Numbered from the stretch's first letter, positions 50,501-62,947 are shown. The stretch is DNA of 64,000 nt from Vermamoeba vermiformis (GCA_045837725.1 JBEWZL010000221.1:124001-188000); one strand, 5' to 3'. A program made the numbers and translations. Notes: generated by a model from the letters alone, not told the origin.

Positions 50501-53500
50501 TCCTACACCTCCAACGAATCATTTGAATAATTTGCAGTTTTTGGATTTCAGTCACAATCATCTGTCGGGAACTTTGCCGGCTTTTTCATCGAGATTGATA
50601 TATTTGTAAGTACTATAACTATATTTATATATACTTCATACATCAAGCTCATTAGTTTAATAGGGCACTTAACTTTAACATGTTAGAAGGCACTATTCCA
50701 CCTGAAATTTTCAACATCAACGGCCTCGGATTGCTGTAAGTATTGCCATTTATGGTAATAGCCGGCACTGACTAACACGTGTGCCTTAATAGGGACTTGT
50801 CGTATAACTTCTTGAACGGCACCATTCCACGACTTCCAACCAGTCAAACCAGTTTGCGACACATGTAACACCTAACTTGATTTTATTTTGTTTTGTACGC
50901 GGTGCTAATTTCTATTGGCCTAGTGACTTGTCAAACAACAGACTGACCGGAGAACTTCCGCAAAGTTTAGTTACGATGGTTTCTATTCAGAACATGTACG
51001 TCAATTTCAACTATCATTTGATATTATTATGCAGTTACTCGATTGATCATTTGATACTCAAATGAGTTGTTTAAAAATACGGAGCGAGATCTAATGATTT
51101 TTTTTAGCATTTTGTCCAATAATTTGCTGTCTGGAAACTTCCCGTTCACTGGCACTCTGTTCAACATTAACATTCTGTAAGTATCGTATTGTTTAATATG
51201 GAGCCTTATACTAACATTGAATGCAGTCGAATTGATCGAAATTTCTTGACGGGAAATTTCCCACGACACTTTTTGGCAGCGGTTAACTTGGAGATTCTGT
51301 AAGTACACGTTAAATGGCCTATTTAATACATTTATAATATCTTTGCAGAGATTTATCGGACAACGAGCTGACTGGAGTTATTCCGTCGACCGCTGATCGG
51401 CCACGTAGATTGAAGGAATTATCGCTCGCCAGAAACAAATTAACGGGCGCAATTCCGCCGACTTTGTCCAATATTGCAGGTTTGGAACGATTGTAAGCTT
51501 ACCATTGGTTATAATAATTCAGGCTTGTTAGAGGTTCTAACAATGTTTTAGGGATTTGTCGGGCAATCTGTTCATCGGAGGTATTCCGCCACAATTAGGA
51601 ACTTTGCGACGATTACGAGCAATTGATTTCTCGAAAAATGATTTGATCGGAACCATTCCTGACACAATCGAAGACTTGACACAATTGGAGGTTTTGTAAG
51701 TGTTACGCTAACGGCCTAGTCACGTGCTTAACTGTGTTTCATGAACAGGGATCTTTCAGACAATCACATCGAAGGCACGATTCCCGAATTCATCGGCAAC
51801 TTGTTCCAACTTCAAGTGCTCAATCTTGGAGGCAACAACTTGGTTGGCTCTATCCCGAACTCGATTTTCAATTTGCGAGCCCTGGTCGAGCTGTAAGTAT
51901 CGCGAATGACACGTCAAAAAAATGTCACATAACTAACTGACACCTTGTCTAGTGACTTAGGCGATAATCATCTTCAAGGCACGGTTCCCAGAACTTTATT
52001 TACTTTACAGCGTGCTAAGGGACTGTAAGTACTAATCTTTTTTTTTGAAAGTCTGACCCGTGTCTCACGTACTTTTCTCAGCGATCTCTCGGACAACAAT
52101 TTTGTAGGAACCTTGCCTTCAACATTGTCTCAGATGCGCACTCTCGAGTACTTGTAAGCCCTTAATAACCACCCCATTAACTTTTTTTCTAACGTGTTTG
52201 CAGTAACATTGCCAACAATGCCTTCACTGGTCAAGTGCCGCCATTGCACAGCTTGGCTAACCTTAAAGAGATGTACGTTACATTAATCAAGTGACTAGCC
52301 AGTATATTAATGGTCCTTATAATAAGCTATGTGCAATCGAACAAGTTCAGTGGCTGCATCCGGTTGCCGCCGCAGTTCTCGGATCTGGATTCGAACAGCA
52401 CGTGTGTTCTCGACAACAACAACTTTTGTTGCGCTGATTCAGCGTACAATTGTCGATTTACTGATGGTACGTACGAATGAATACAGCTTTTTCTGGCACT
52501 TTCTAATGGTTCTGCAATAGGCCGATGCGACATCAATTCAGTTCTCAGAATTTCCTCAGGAAATCGAGTGAACATCAACGACGCTGATAGTTTCACAAGT
52601 AAGTCTCGAGTACAATGAGTATATACGGCAGTTTCTAATATTATCGTTTTAGAGCTCGTTGTGGAACGAGGTGGAACCTTGGTCATAACGCCATCAGCCA
52701 GCATGTCGCTAGATTGTTTGGAGCTGCAAGGCACAATTGACATTGAAGTGAATGAAGAGTACGAGGACAAGCAGTTTGAAATGGACTTGTTCGTCTATAC
52801 CTGTGGATCCACGCAGAACGCGACTTTCCGCACCAGCAAAGGTTGTCGCATTTCACAGAACCGAACGATCAGTCAAATTTCAGGCAATTTCAGATACGAA
52901 CTGCAGCTGGATTGTTCGCTGAATTATATCTCGCAAGGTACACTCAAGTTTTCAATTTTTTCATGTTTTCGACATCTGGATCCCGCGGGACTTAACTTAT
53001 GTCTATTTTTAGGCACTATCATTGCTATTATTGTAGCGTCATGTATCGCAGGAGCACTCGCGATTATTGTTGGTGCGGTGACGTACAGATACTTCAGAGG
53101 CAAGCGCCGTGTGAAGCAACTACTCAACAGAGTCGAGTTGTTGACTTTGACAACAAAAACGTCTGATTATTCCACTCTACCGCAATGGCACGCTCCCGAA
53201 CATTACGCTTTGAAACCAATTGAAGATATGCCTATTTACGTTGGTGGAACGAGGTTTGATTTTGGCGCCAAAGGCAACTTGCTCAGAATCGAGACCCAGT
53301 ACAAAGATGTAATGAAAGTGCAAATCAAAACAAAACAAGCACGAAGAGGCGGTCGCGGCCCTGGTCTAATCGAACGATTGCTCGACAAAAATATTACGGT
53401 GAAACTGCATCCCGTACAATCGGAGAAGTACCAGCTCGCGATAGATCCGCCCGAAATTCAAGTCAACGAAAAAGACACGGTAGACGTCACTTTATTACTG

Positions 53501-54568
53501 CAAATGAAGATGACTACGAAGACCAACGTGTCTTTATGGGTTGAAATCCCTGAGCTGAAGGAGTTCTCGTTGCTCGAGTTTACCGCCGCAAGTGAACCGT
53601 CACCTTGGGTCGACATTGACGAAGTTGATGGCATTACTGAATCACTCGGAGAAGGTGGTTTTGGCACAGTCTACAAGGCTCGATATAGAGGTCAAACTGT
53701 CGCCTATAAGAAGTTGAAGGTAAATCTCGCGGCATGCTTCAAAGTGATCACTCCTAACGCTCGATTTTTTTTTCACAGTTCCAAGAATTGAACGTGCAAC
53801 AGTTCGAAGAGTTCAATCGTGAAGTCGCTATGATGATGAACTTGCATCATAAGAGCATTGTTCAGTTCATTGGTGCGTCAAAAGTGCCAGGCAAACTTGC
53901 CATCTTGACCGAGTTCATTCCTGGCGGTAACTTGCAAACGCTGTTGAACACGAAAACTTTGGATATTACGCTCAAGCTTAAGATTGCATTGGACATTGCC
54001 GAGGCATTACAGTTCTTGCACACGAATAATATTCTTCATCGCGACATCAAAGCGGAAAATATCTTGGTCGTGACCACGAACAGAGACGCCGCGATCAACG
54101 TCAAGTTAACGGACTTTGGCACAGCAAGATCAGTGTCTGAACAAGTCACTATGAAGTTCACTAAGGGCATCGGCACTCCGACTTACATGGCTCCCGGTAC
54201 GAACACTTTTTTTGACACGTGTCAAACAGTCACTTTTGGTTGCTGAAACTAACTTCGTATGTATAGAAATCTTGGATAATAAGACATATGAAAAAGCAGC
54301 CGACGTCTACAGTTTTGGCATTCTATTATGGGTGCTAATAACGCAAGAGCAGCCCTACTCGTTCGTCCAACAAGCATGGGAAGTCGCGAGTTACGTAATC
54401 TCCGGAAAGAGATTGCCTATTCCGTCAGACACACCAGTATCGGTTGCAGAGCTGATTAGAAAGTGTTGGGCTCAATTACCAGCCGACAGACCGACGTTTG
54501 ATGATGTAGTGAAAGAGCTTTCGGTCATAGTAGAGATTTCAATGACGAAACTAATTAGCTTTTTCTAA
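47561..54568 (+). CDS. LRR receptor-like transmembrane kinase (TKL group), ~34 exons
   Basis: Signal peptide, LRRNT cap (W...ACDWAGVIC) and ~35 plant-type LRRs (L.L..N.L.G.IP..IG.L..L). Then a Cys-rich cap, a TM helix (TIIAIIVASCIAGALAIIVGAVTY), an intracellular beta-rich spacer, and a kinase (LGEGGFGTVY, HRDIKAEN, DFG, GTPTYMAP/E, DVYSFG). Confidence 0.93.
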
Positions 54569-54737
54569 TAGTTGTACAATATAACGAAGTGATTGAAGTC
54601 ATGGAGTTGTTTATTAAATAACAAATACCACATGATTTTATTCTTTCCGTTGTAAAAATATTTATTTATTTATTATTTTATTTGTACAACGATATTATCA
54701 TTTCGTGATAACCATAACCATATCTGATAGGGTAGTT

Positions 54738-57396
54738 CTATATGTCCTCATCATCATCAAGGGAATCGTTTTCTTCACCTTCTTTAATGGGTATGGGTGC
54801 CAAACTCGTCAGTTGTTTCATCGATGGCATAGACCAATCGTTCTTGAAGAAATCAAGCATCAACAAGAATCCTGGGCCCGTTTGGCTGTCTTCGCTGGCA
54901 GGAATAGCGACGAAGCTGATTGGTGGAACAAGTAATTTTGGTGTAGGAATGTCTTCGAGCTCTACCCTAGCGGTCTCAAAGTCATTGAACGCGGCTAAAA
55001 AGGAAGTTAAACGTACGTTAGGTTTTTCAGAGATTAAGTCAAAAATATTATTAATAATTATAATTATTATTTTTAATACTTACAAGCAAAGTTGCAGAAA
55101 AGTGGCTCGTTGCCAAAGCCAATCATAATTTTGTCGTTTTCAATTAATATCTTCTCCTTATCGATTTGATATTCTTGATTGAACAAAACTAACGTAGAGG
55201 ATTTCACTTCGAACAGGCCTTCTTCCAAAAGTTCCTGCCAATTAGTATCGTCTTTTTCATAGCCTGCCATATATCGTTTCTTAATAGCTTTGAAATCGAT
55301 CGGGCCCAATATTGAATTCGCAGAAATGTTTTGTAATTTCCTGACTTTTCTCCATAAATTTGATAAAATGAAGGCTGAGGTCTGAGTGGCCGGATTTTTC
55401 GGATCCGAAATAACCTTTGAAATGCATTGCAATCCAAACGCTGTGAAAATGTTCGAGTTCGATGGTGTACCTTTGTCACGTGATCGACCATTAAAATAAT
55501 CCAAAACAGCAATGATCGCTATTTCCTTCAGATAGTCGTGTGGTGTACTTCCATTCACTGAACCAGGTTCATGAACGTAAGGGAACCAATAGTCGCATCC
55601 ATTCGTTGCAAACACAAAGTTGCCTCGCCATCGTTTTTGCAGGACTAAAGGCGGCGCGGAAGTGTCATCTGTCAAGCCCCAGTGCAAATTGTTGACACGT
55701 TCGTAGAGCTCGTGAGCGTAGCGTGAGAGTGCAGGTTGAAAAGTGCTTTGAAGTGTCATGTAGACTGCTGAGTTGAACAGTTTGCCGACTTCAGGCGTGT
55801 GGTTCAATTTCCAGTATTTAAAAATGAGCTCGGTGCGTAAAAACACTTTGTTTGTCTTCACGAACGGATTGCCTTCGTGCAAATACTGCTGATCGAAAAT
55901 GACGCAATCGAATTGTTTCACTTTAGTCAGCTCAAACGCGCTGTTTTTCTCGGAATTTTCGTCGCTATTATCCCACACCTTCATAACAGGACTGCCAGAT
56001 CCGCTACTGAGATAAATAATCATCGTGAATTTTGACACTTGCCCTTTAGCAGGATCATAGTAAGGAGTGTCCATATGGGCTTCAAACTTTGCATCGCCCG
56101 GGGCAAATCTGTTGCAGCGAAACACATGATTCACCGCCGTAAACCTCTTGCAATCCAGGTCGGCTGAATCTTTTTCCATAGCTTCAAATGCCTCGGTCAA
56201 CGCGCTGCTTAACTTCTCAGAAGAGAAAATGAAGCGCTCGCCACCTCTCGTGCTCGAATTTGACGGTTTTTGATAAAGTCCCAACTGATCCAATTGTAGG
56301 AGCAGATCCAGACTCGACCCACCAATAGTCGTTTTGTAAATATGCATCGTCTCGGATAAATTTTCAAGAGGAGACATTGTAAATGCCATGCTTTGTTTGT
56401 CGCCAAGATGTAACGCTCGATCCAGCGGCAAAATGCACTCAAAGTTGTGATAGGACAAGTCGCGACCATCGACCCATACTGCATATAGTGGGCTGTTTGC
56501 GTCGTTATTTTTGTTGTCATCACTTTGTTTTTCGCTCACTTCATCGTCTTCGTCTTTGGTCGCTTTCTTGTGTCGGTTTGAGGGTAACTTTGGGATGCTT
56601 TTTGGAGCCAGCTGTGCGACAGATTGAAGCAGCGATTGATCGATGTCAGAGAGCTCTTCGAGGTCTTTGATATATTTGAGAATTCGTCTGTTCTTCGAGG
56701 GGCAGAAAGAGAACGGCAGTGATTGAAACTCCGCGGAGGGCACAAATTCGTCATCCAAAATGTCCAGTAATTTGTTCAAAACTTGCTTCTCGCTTTGATC
56801 TAACCAGCCACGCGAGTCAGCCAACCATAAATCGCGCACTCCAACGCAAAAATAGAGTGCTTCTTGTTCGTTCAGAGAAGTCAGTATTGAGGGATCCCTA
56901 CAAACTTGTTGCATGAATGCCAGAGACCTTTTCGAGGCTAATTGGTGAGTACTTTTGTCGATTATAAGCGGCCATAGCTTTCCAGTGATAATAGCTCCTG
57001 AAACAAGATTTTGCATCAAAAGTTGATCTTCGATCTCTGCAGGCTCGAGAGCGTTGTTGAGCTTTTCATCGCATAATATCAACACTTTATCTTTTTTGTT
57101 CACTTTGAGCGTTTGAACCTTGCAATACCTTGCGATTTGCGAACTGTAATAAATAAAATTATTCAATTATTAGATCGAGGTTAGATCTGATCAAAAATTC
57201 AAATCTGCTTACGAATCATTAACACGTTCATGTTTGTTTTTTATAGATTCCTCTTTTTCCGTTTTCCTGGAGCTGATAATAATTTTAGATCTTGAATCAT
57301 TAATACCAGCGATTGCTTCTAAGTTACGTACCTAATTTTTGCTTTCTTATTCGGAGCAAGATCTTCTTTATTGCTCAATTTTCTTTTGCGTTGCAT
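54738..57396 (-). CDS. Large protein containing a 2OG-Fe(II) oxygenase-like domain (4 exons)
   Basis: FRCNRF..GDAKFEAHMDTPY (HxD), FTMIIYLS, VIFDQQYLHEG (distal His) and KVFLRTELIF (2OG-binding R) within the 2.1-kb exon. N-terminal exons MQRKRKLS...; final exon ends DDDEDI*. Confidence 0.75.
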
Positions 57397-57763
57397 AGTG
57401 GCTAAACTCGAGAGAATAATGCGGAAAAAAAATTCAATCAAAGAATTAAATAGCCAGGGACCTTCAACTTTTCCTGGAATTTATTACGTAAATTGTGCCA
57501 TGTTTTCTGGCCCGTAGAAGCAGAAATAATGTTTTATAATTGATCTTGGTCCACAAACAGGGGAAGCTCATCTTCATTCGTAGGTAAGCGACCTCGAAGT
57601 TACCTTCAAATTGTTGTTTATGATACATAGAGTAGTATAGTAAAAGTAGTATGACCGTTGCGTAACAATACCTTACGAGGCCGCAAAAAAGGTTTAAATC
57701 CGTTTCTCCGTTTGTCCGTGTTCGAAAATAAATATCCGAGCAGGCAATTGTGAAACAATAATT

Positions 57764-58811
57764 ATGAAACAACACGTATTACTATTATTAACATTTATTA
57801 TCGCCTTACAAGTCGGCACGATGATGGGCAAAGCGTACAAAGCTGTGATTATTGGCGCATCTGGTGAAGTCGGTGGTCACGTCTTAAAAGCACTTTTGAG
57901 CTCACCAAACTGCACTCATATCACTAGTATTGGCAGAAGAAAATTGGAATTTCCTGAAGATCAACAAGGCCTCGAGAAATTGAGCCAGCACGTAGTCGAC
58001 ATGGACAATCTGGAACAAGAAGTAAGTCAAATATTATCTCAATAATTTTAAAATAATTTTAGGAATATTTTGTTAATATTTTAAATTGTATTTGTAATAT
58101 TTGAGTTGTCTGGAATTTTTCACTAAATTTTTCAAGGCGAAAGATCTCGTGAAGGACCACGAAGTCGCTTTCATTACTCTCGGAGTCGGTAGACCGTCGA
58201 AAGAAACAGAGGAATACTTGAAGAAAGTTGAAGTTGGATATAATACAGCTTTTGCAAAGGCGTGCAAGAACGGAGGCACAAAACACATCTCTTTCTTGTC
58301 CTCGCCTGGAGTCAGCCACAGCTCTTGGATTCCTGTACTAAGAGTACGTATATAATACAAGCATTACGGATACGATTACTAGGTTCCTATAGAAAATGTT
58401 CTGAGCATGTACGGAATCTGACTGCATCCGGTTTTATTAGGTCAAAGCTCAACTGTACGATAATCTCAAGGAGCTCAATTTCGCAAGAACGAGCTTTTTC
58501 TGCCCAACAGTAATCATGACACCTCAAGCGCGCTACGGATGGGTGGATTCGTTTTACATTAACTTGTGGAAGGGTCTGTCGCCTATTCTACCTAACAAAT
58601 ACAAAGGCGCAACATCAGAAAGCATCGGAAAATCAATGGTATTGAATGCTGAGTTGACTGAAGCAACTGGCGTCGAAGAATTGTATTGGACGGTAAGTAG
58701 TCCCTTTGATTCGCAAAAATTAGCTGCACGTTATTAATCTTATTGCCATTTTAGGACTTTAAAAGAATATTGAGATTGAAAGATCCTAAAGCTGACCCCA
58801 GCAAGTGGTAA
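57764..58811 (+). CDS. HTATIP2/TIP30-like NAD(P)-binding Rossmann (SDR) protein
   Basis: AVIIGASGEVGGHVL...SIGRRKL, AFITLGV, KVEVGYNTAFAKACKNGG, then FCP (vs RP). The true start may be the ATG at 57821 or 57824. Last exon ends ADPSKW*. Confidence 0.82.
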
Positions 58812-58958
58812 AGCACTCAATGAAATTTTCATCGACCTAAGCTTTCGCGACAACTCATGTAAATATATCAAAGGTTATGATAAAGAGCTTTAAAATTACA
58901 TTTAAATCTACCGAATTATAAAATACAACGGCACGTGGGTCAGCAAAAAAAAAAAGGT

Positions 58959-61900
58959 TTACTGCTGGGCTGATTCAGACACCGAACTCGTGGCGTCAGT
59001 GTCCGAAGAAGAGCCACCTGAGTCAGATGAAGACGAGCTCATTGAAGCCTCAATTGCCAACTTGCCAAATGCAGTCTTAAGCACATCACGTGGCTTAGGG
59101 CGTTCACTGAAAACGATTGCATGAGATAAAATTTCGAAAGGTGAAAATTATATAAGGTACTTACAGCGCACCAAAGCCGTTGCTCAACTTAGGGTTAGAT
59201 TTCCAAGAATAGACACACTTTCCTTTTTTGGAAAAGACGAGGACAGCAGGCTGGGCCATACCGTTAACATATCCGTGTCGCCTAATAAGCGGCAGTCAGC
59301 AAGGGTCGCTTAATAAATGAACGCAAAGGTACGTACTCTGAGACATTCAACATGAACTGATCAGCAATTGTATTTTCAGGCTCGCCAATCACAGGATAAG
59401 TCAAGCCCCACTTGTTAGCGGTCTTTGTGATGCTGCGTTGGTTTTCAGATGAAATTCCGACTAGCATGCCTCCCTTAGCAAGGATCTTCGTGAAGTACTT
59501 GTTCCAGTTTTGCATGTAGCGCTTCATGAAAAATTTTTAGATCCAAAAATTTACGCTACAAAATAAACGTGCCACTTACGTTGCAGAATGGGCACCACGA
59601 ACCACGGAAGACCACTACAACGAGGAATCGGTGCTTTGAAATTTCATCGTTCAACCAATCAACGAGTCGCTCGTACTTCTCGGGAGATTTCGTCAAAAAT
59701 CCAACGTTGGGAATGAGACTTGAATTAGCGCTTGACAAAGATCTGCTCGAGACGGAAGTCAATGAGCTACTTGACACTCTGCTGTCTAGTGACGGTCGGT
59801 TCTCAACCGAAGATTCGATTTCCGAGTCTTCTTCTTCTGGGAAAGTACCAGGAGGTGCGAACGCTAGACATATAAATTAGCATTATTGCATATAAATTTT
59901 TTGTTGTACCTTTGAGAATGGCTTGTTGGATGTAATCAGTAACGCCCTCTTCGTCGCCGACATCCCCAGCACAACGAGTGCACATTTGTTGGGCTTCAGG
60001 CATCTCTTCGGCCTTCTGTTTGAATTTTCTCAAGACAGGAAGGTACTGCGATATGTTCTCGTTCAAACGATCGATGATCTTAGGCGACATGTAGAGCACA
60101 AATCCGCCGACCATGAAGTAGTCTTTGTCGAGCATCACGTGATCAGGGTTCAATGACTTTGTTATTCTCTTTTGCGAGATGCGTTTTGTGACCAACGTGC
60201 TCTTTTTCTAAACTATCGCATTGTTAGTTACTTCAATACTTGATCACATGTTAGTAACTTACCGAAATAGTGTCGAGGAGCGTATTAATCTTAGTGGCAT
60301 TTTCTTTGCAGAAATCTTGCAAAGCTGGCTCTGCGACAGGTTTGCCTAAGGCGACGCTCTCAAGCAACAGCGATAAGCGAGACAAGTTGTAACGAGCAGC
60401 AGGTGAGATGGGCTCTGTTTATATCACGTTGTTAGGATTGGTCGTGAAATTTCACGTGCACAAAGAGGACGTACCTTTTGTTAAACCAGCCGCGTCAGGA
60501 GCGGCTATAGCGCGGCAATAGAACTTCTCGAACATAATTGCTGCAATACCCTTAGTCTTAATCACGTCTTCATGAGCAAAAGAGAAGGTCGATTTCATCT
60601 TGGCATCGATGCGTTGCAACAAGGCGACCATTTGAGTCGGGATCGAGTTCTTATTGTCAATAATTCCGTTGATCATCTTCGTGGCAAACTTGATTAGTTG
60701 CTTGGCATTCTTGGCGCTTTCATTTTCTTCTTTAGTTCGCTTCTTATTGCTGACCATGCTCGACACTTGGAGCTCCTTGTCGTACTTCAGAACATCAGCG
60801 ATGACGTCACCGAACATTTTTTTCATGTGAGACGAGCAAGTCAAGCATAAGTATCGCACGATGATTTGCGTAGTGATTCTAGTGTCGTAGAATAAGAGCT
60901 CGAAAGATGGGAAATCATCTTTCATGATGAAGCCCCAGTTGTCTTTGAAGTTTTGCTTCACTGAATCTAATGACAAAGCCGATATTAGTTATGCTTACTC
61001 TAGTTAGAATGATTAGTACCTGATGACGTGAACTCAAGGTCAACAGCCCAGTTGAGCAGATCCGCCAATCGACCCTCGTCATTGAACACACGTAACAAAC
61101 TGTCAATAAGCGCGACATCGACACGTGCTCCGTAGCTGCTTTGAAACAGAACGTTCATGAAATTCTTGTCAGAAGTGAGGGTATTGAGCATTTCCTGGCC
61201 GACCACGTTTTCGGTGATTTGTTGATACTTAACACTCTGTAATAAACGTCAGATCCGGTCGCCAAAAATAAACGAAAATTAACTAAGTCTTACCTTTTTG
61301 ACTCGCTTGGAGAGCTTCTTGTAGAGTCTATTATTAGGCTTCCAATGGCAACATCAATTTGCCCGCCTTCTTGTTCTTTGTCAGTGTTGAAGTATGAAAC
61401 AAAGAACTCGCCCTCAGGGGTCATTAAAAATCGATGTTTTTTGCCAGGAAAAGTCTTTGATTTTAACGGCACGAAGCGCTCGTCCAAAGAAATGTCCCAT
61501 ACGTTGATTTCTATAAATAGACATATTGAGTTACCTTATTGCTAATCCATATCGGATGACTTACTGTTTTTAACCAAAACTAGTAAAAATCCATTCCTGA
61601 AGCAAATCCAGTTCACACGGGCTTCCATTAACTCCTTGAAATTCTTCTTTGAGGCGCCCATTGAAGAGGCATTATGGAAAGATTGTCCCTTCATATGGTT
61701 AGGCATGTAGTAGAAGTCTACTAAGCCCTTTACGTTGCCAGTAACAAGCGTGTTTTCGTAGATCTTCATAGCGGAGATTGCAAATTCGGTTGATACTTCA
61801 TAGTCGCGAGCTGGTTGGGAAAAACGGTTAGCCTCAACTGCGCCCAAAATATTGCGAGAGAAATTTTAGGTAAATTTCATATTTAACAATTTCCAAAAAC

Positions 61901-62802
61901 GGAAAATCACGTATTTTTAGATTAATTGATTTTAACTTACTCTCATCCGCAATATTCCAGATATAAAGCTTCTCAGATGTAGCTGCGGCGATAAACTTTT
62001 CGTCTTGCTCGATCATAGTGATTTTGAAGTAATTTTTGAGTATTCTTCGGAAGATCAATTTGCCGCTTTCTGTGTCGAACACCAAAACCGACAAGCCATC
62101 ACTAAATAACAATCGGCTGTTATTAATAGATGACAGTTTATGGTCGAATTGTTCGGTGGTAGCGACTTCTTCACCTTCTAATTGCACGGGCTTGGATTTG
62201 GCCGCTTGAAAACCTTTTAAAGTCAAAAGCATTAGTATCCATTGCTCAAGGAGAGAAGCAACGATATTTTAAAATATGATTGAGCAATAAAGCTTACTTT
62301 GTGACATTTCTTCTATGGATCCCTTTTGGTCTAGATGCGGTTTGTTAGCCAATGCTTTTCTTGTCCTATTTTGTTACATACCTTGCCATTTAATATTCAG
62401 AAGCGAGCCACCTGTTAGTACGCAGAATAAGGATTCTTCTGAAGCCAATGTAACGGCGATCTTCAGATCTTTTTCTTGCGAGGTTGAAAATTTCTTCTTT
62501 GACTCCACATTGTAAATTTGAAGCTCTTGGTATTGAGCCGTCCTTTGGTGCACGGAGGCAATGAAGGGATAGGAAAATTGGAATGATACTGTTGGGTTTT
62601 GATTCTTTACCGTGATCTCGTTCTTGCGTGCCAGATCCGAGAAGATGTAGTCGCCGGTATTATTAAATGCGGTGACCACATAGACGTCTTCTTGAGTAGC
62701 AATATCATTCTTGCTTATGAGGCTATAGGCTTGACGGCCATAGTATTTTTCTTTCAAGAAACTAGGACTGATGTCGCCTGCTATAGCAATCGTAGTAGCC
62801 AT
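58959..62802 (-). CDS. Multidomain protein: WD40-like beta-propeller, degenerate RasGAP domain and AhpC/TSA-type redoxin (WCPFC)
   Basis: Propeller-like exons (LYIWNI, INVWDI). RasGAP-like exons (LADLLNWAVDLEF, IPTQM, FYCRAIAAPD, RYNLSRLSLLLESVA). These splice in frame via intron 59864-59909 to VVVVFRGSWCPFCN...LVGISSE...LTYPVIGEP...AQPAVLVF. The junction near 61240-61360 is unresolved, so the propeller part could be a separate gene. Confidence 0.7.
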
Positions 62803-62947
62803 TTGTGTTGTTCTATTAATCTATTTAATTGTAAATAATTGTCCGAGATTTCAGATTTGTTTTTGGATGGCAAAGTTGTAAACTTAGTTAATTTACCATA
62901 AAAGGATATTTTTATGACGAAATTAAATCAGATCAGAACTTACTTTT

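Noticed and set aside
48084-52272. Regular ~120-140-bp periodicity resembling a repeat-spacer array
   Set aside because: Explained by LRR exons alternating with GT-AG introns; there is no identical DNA repeat.
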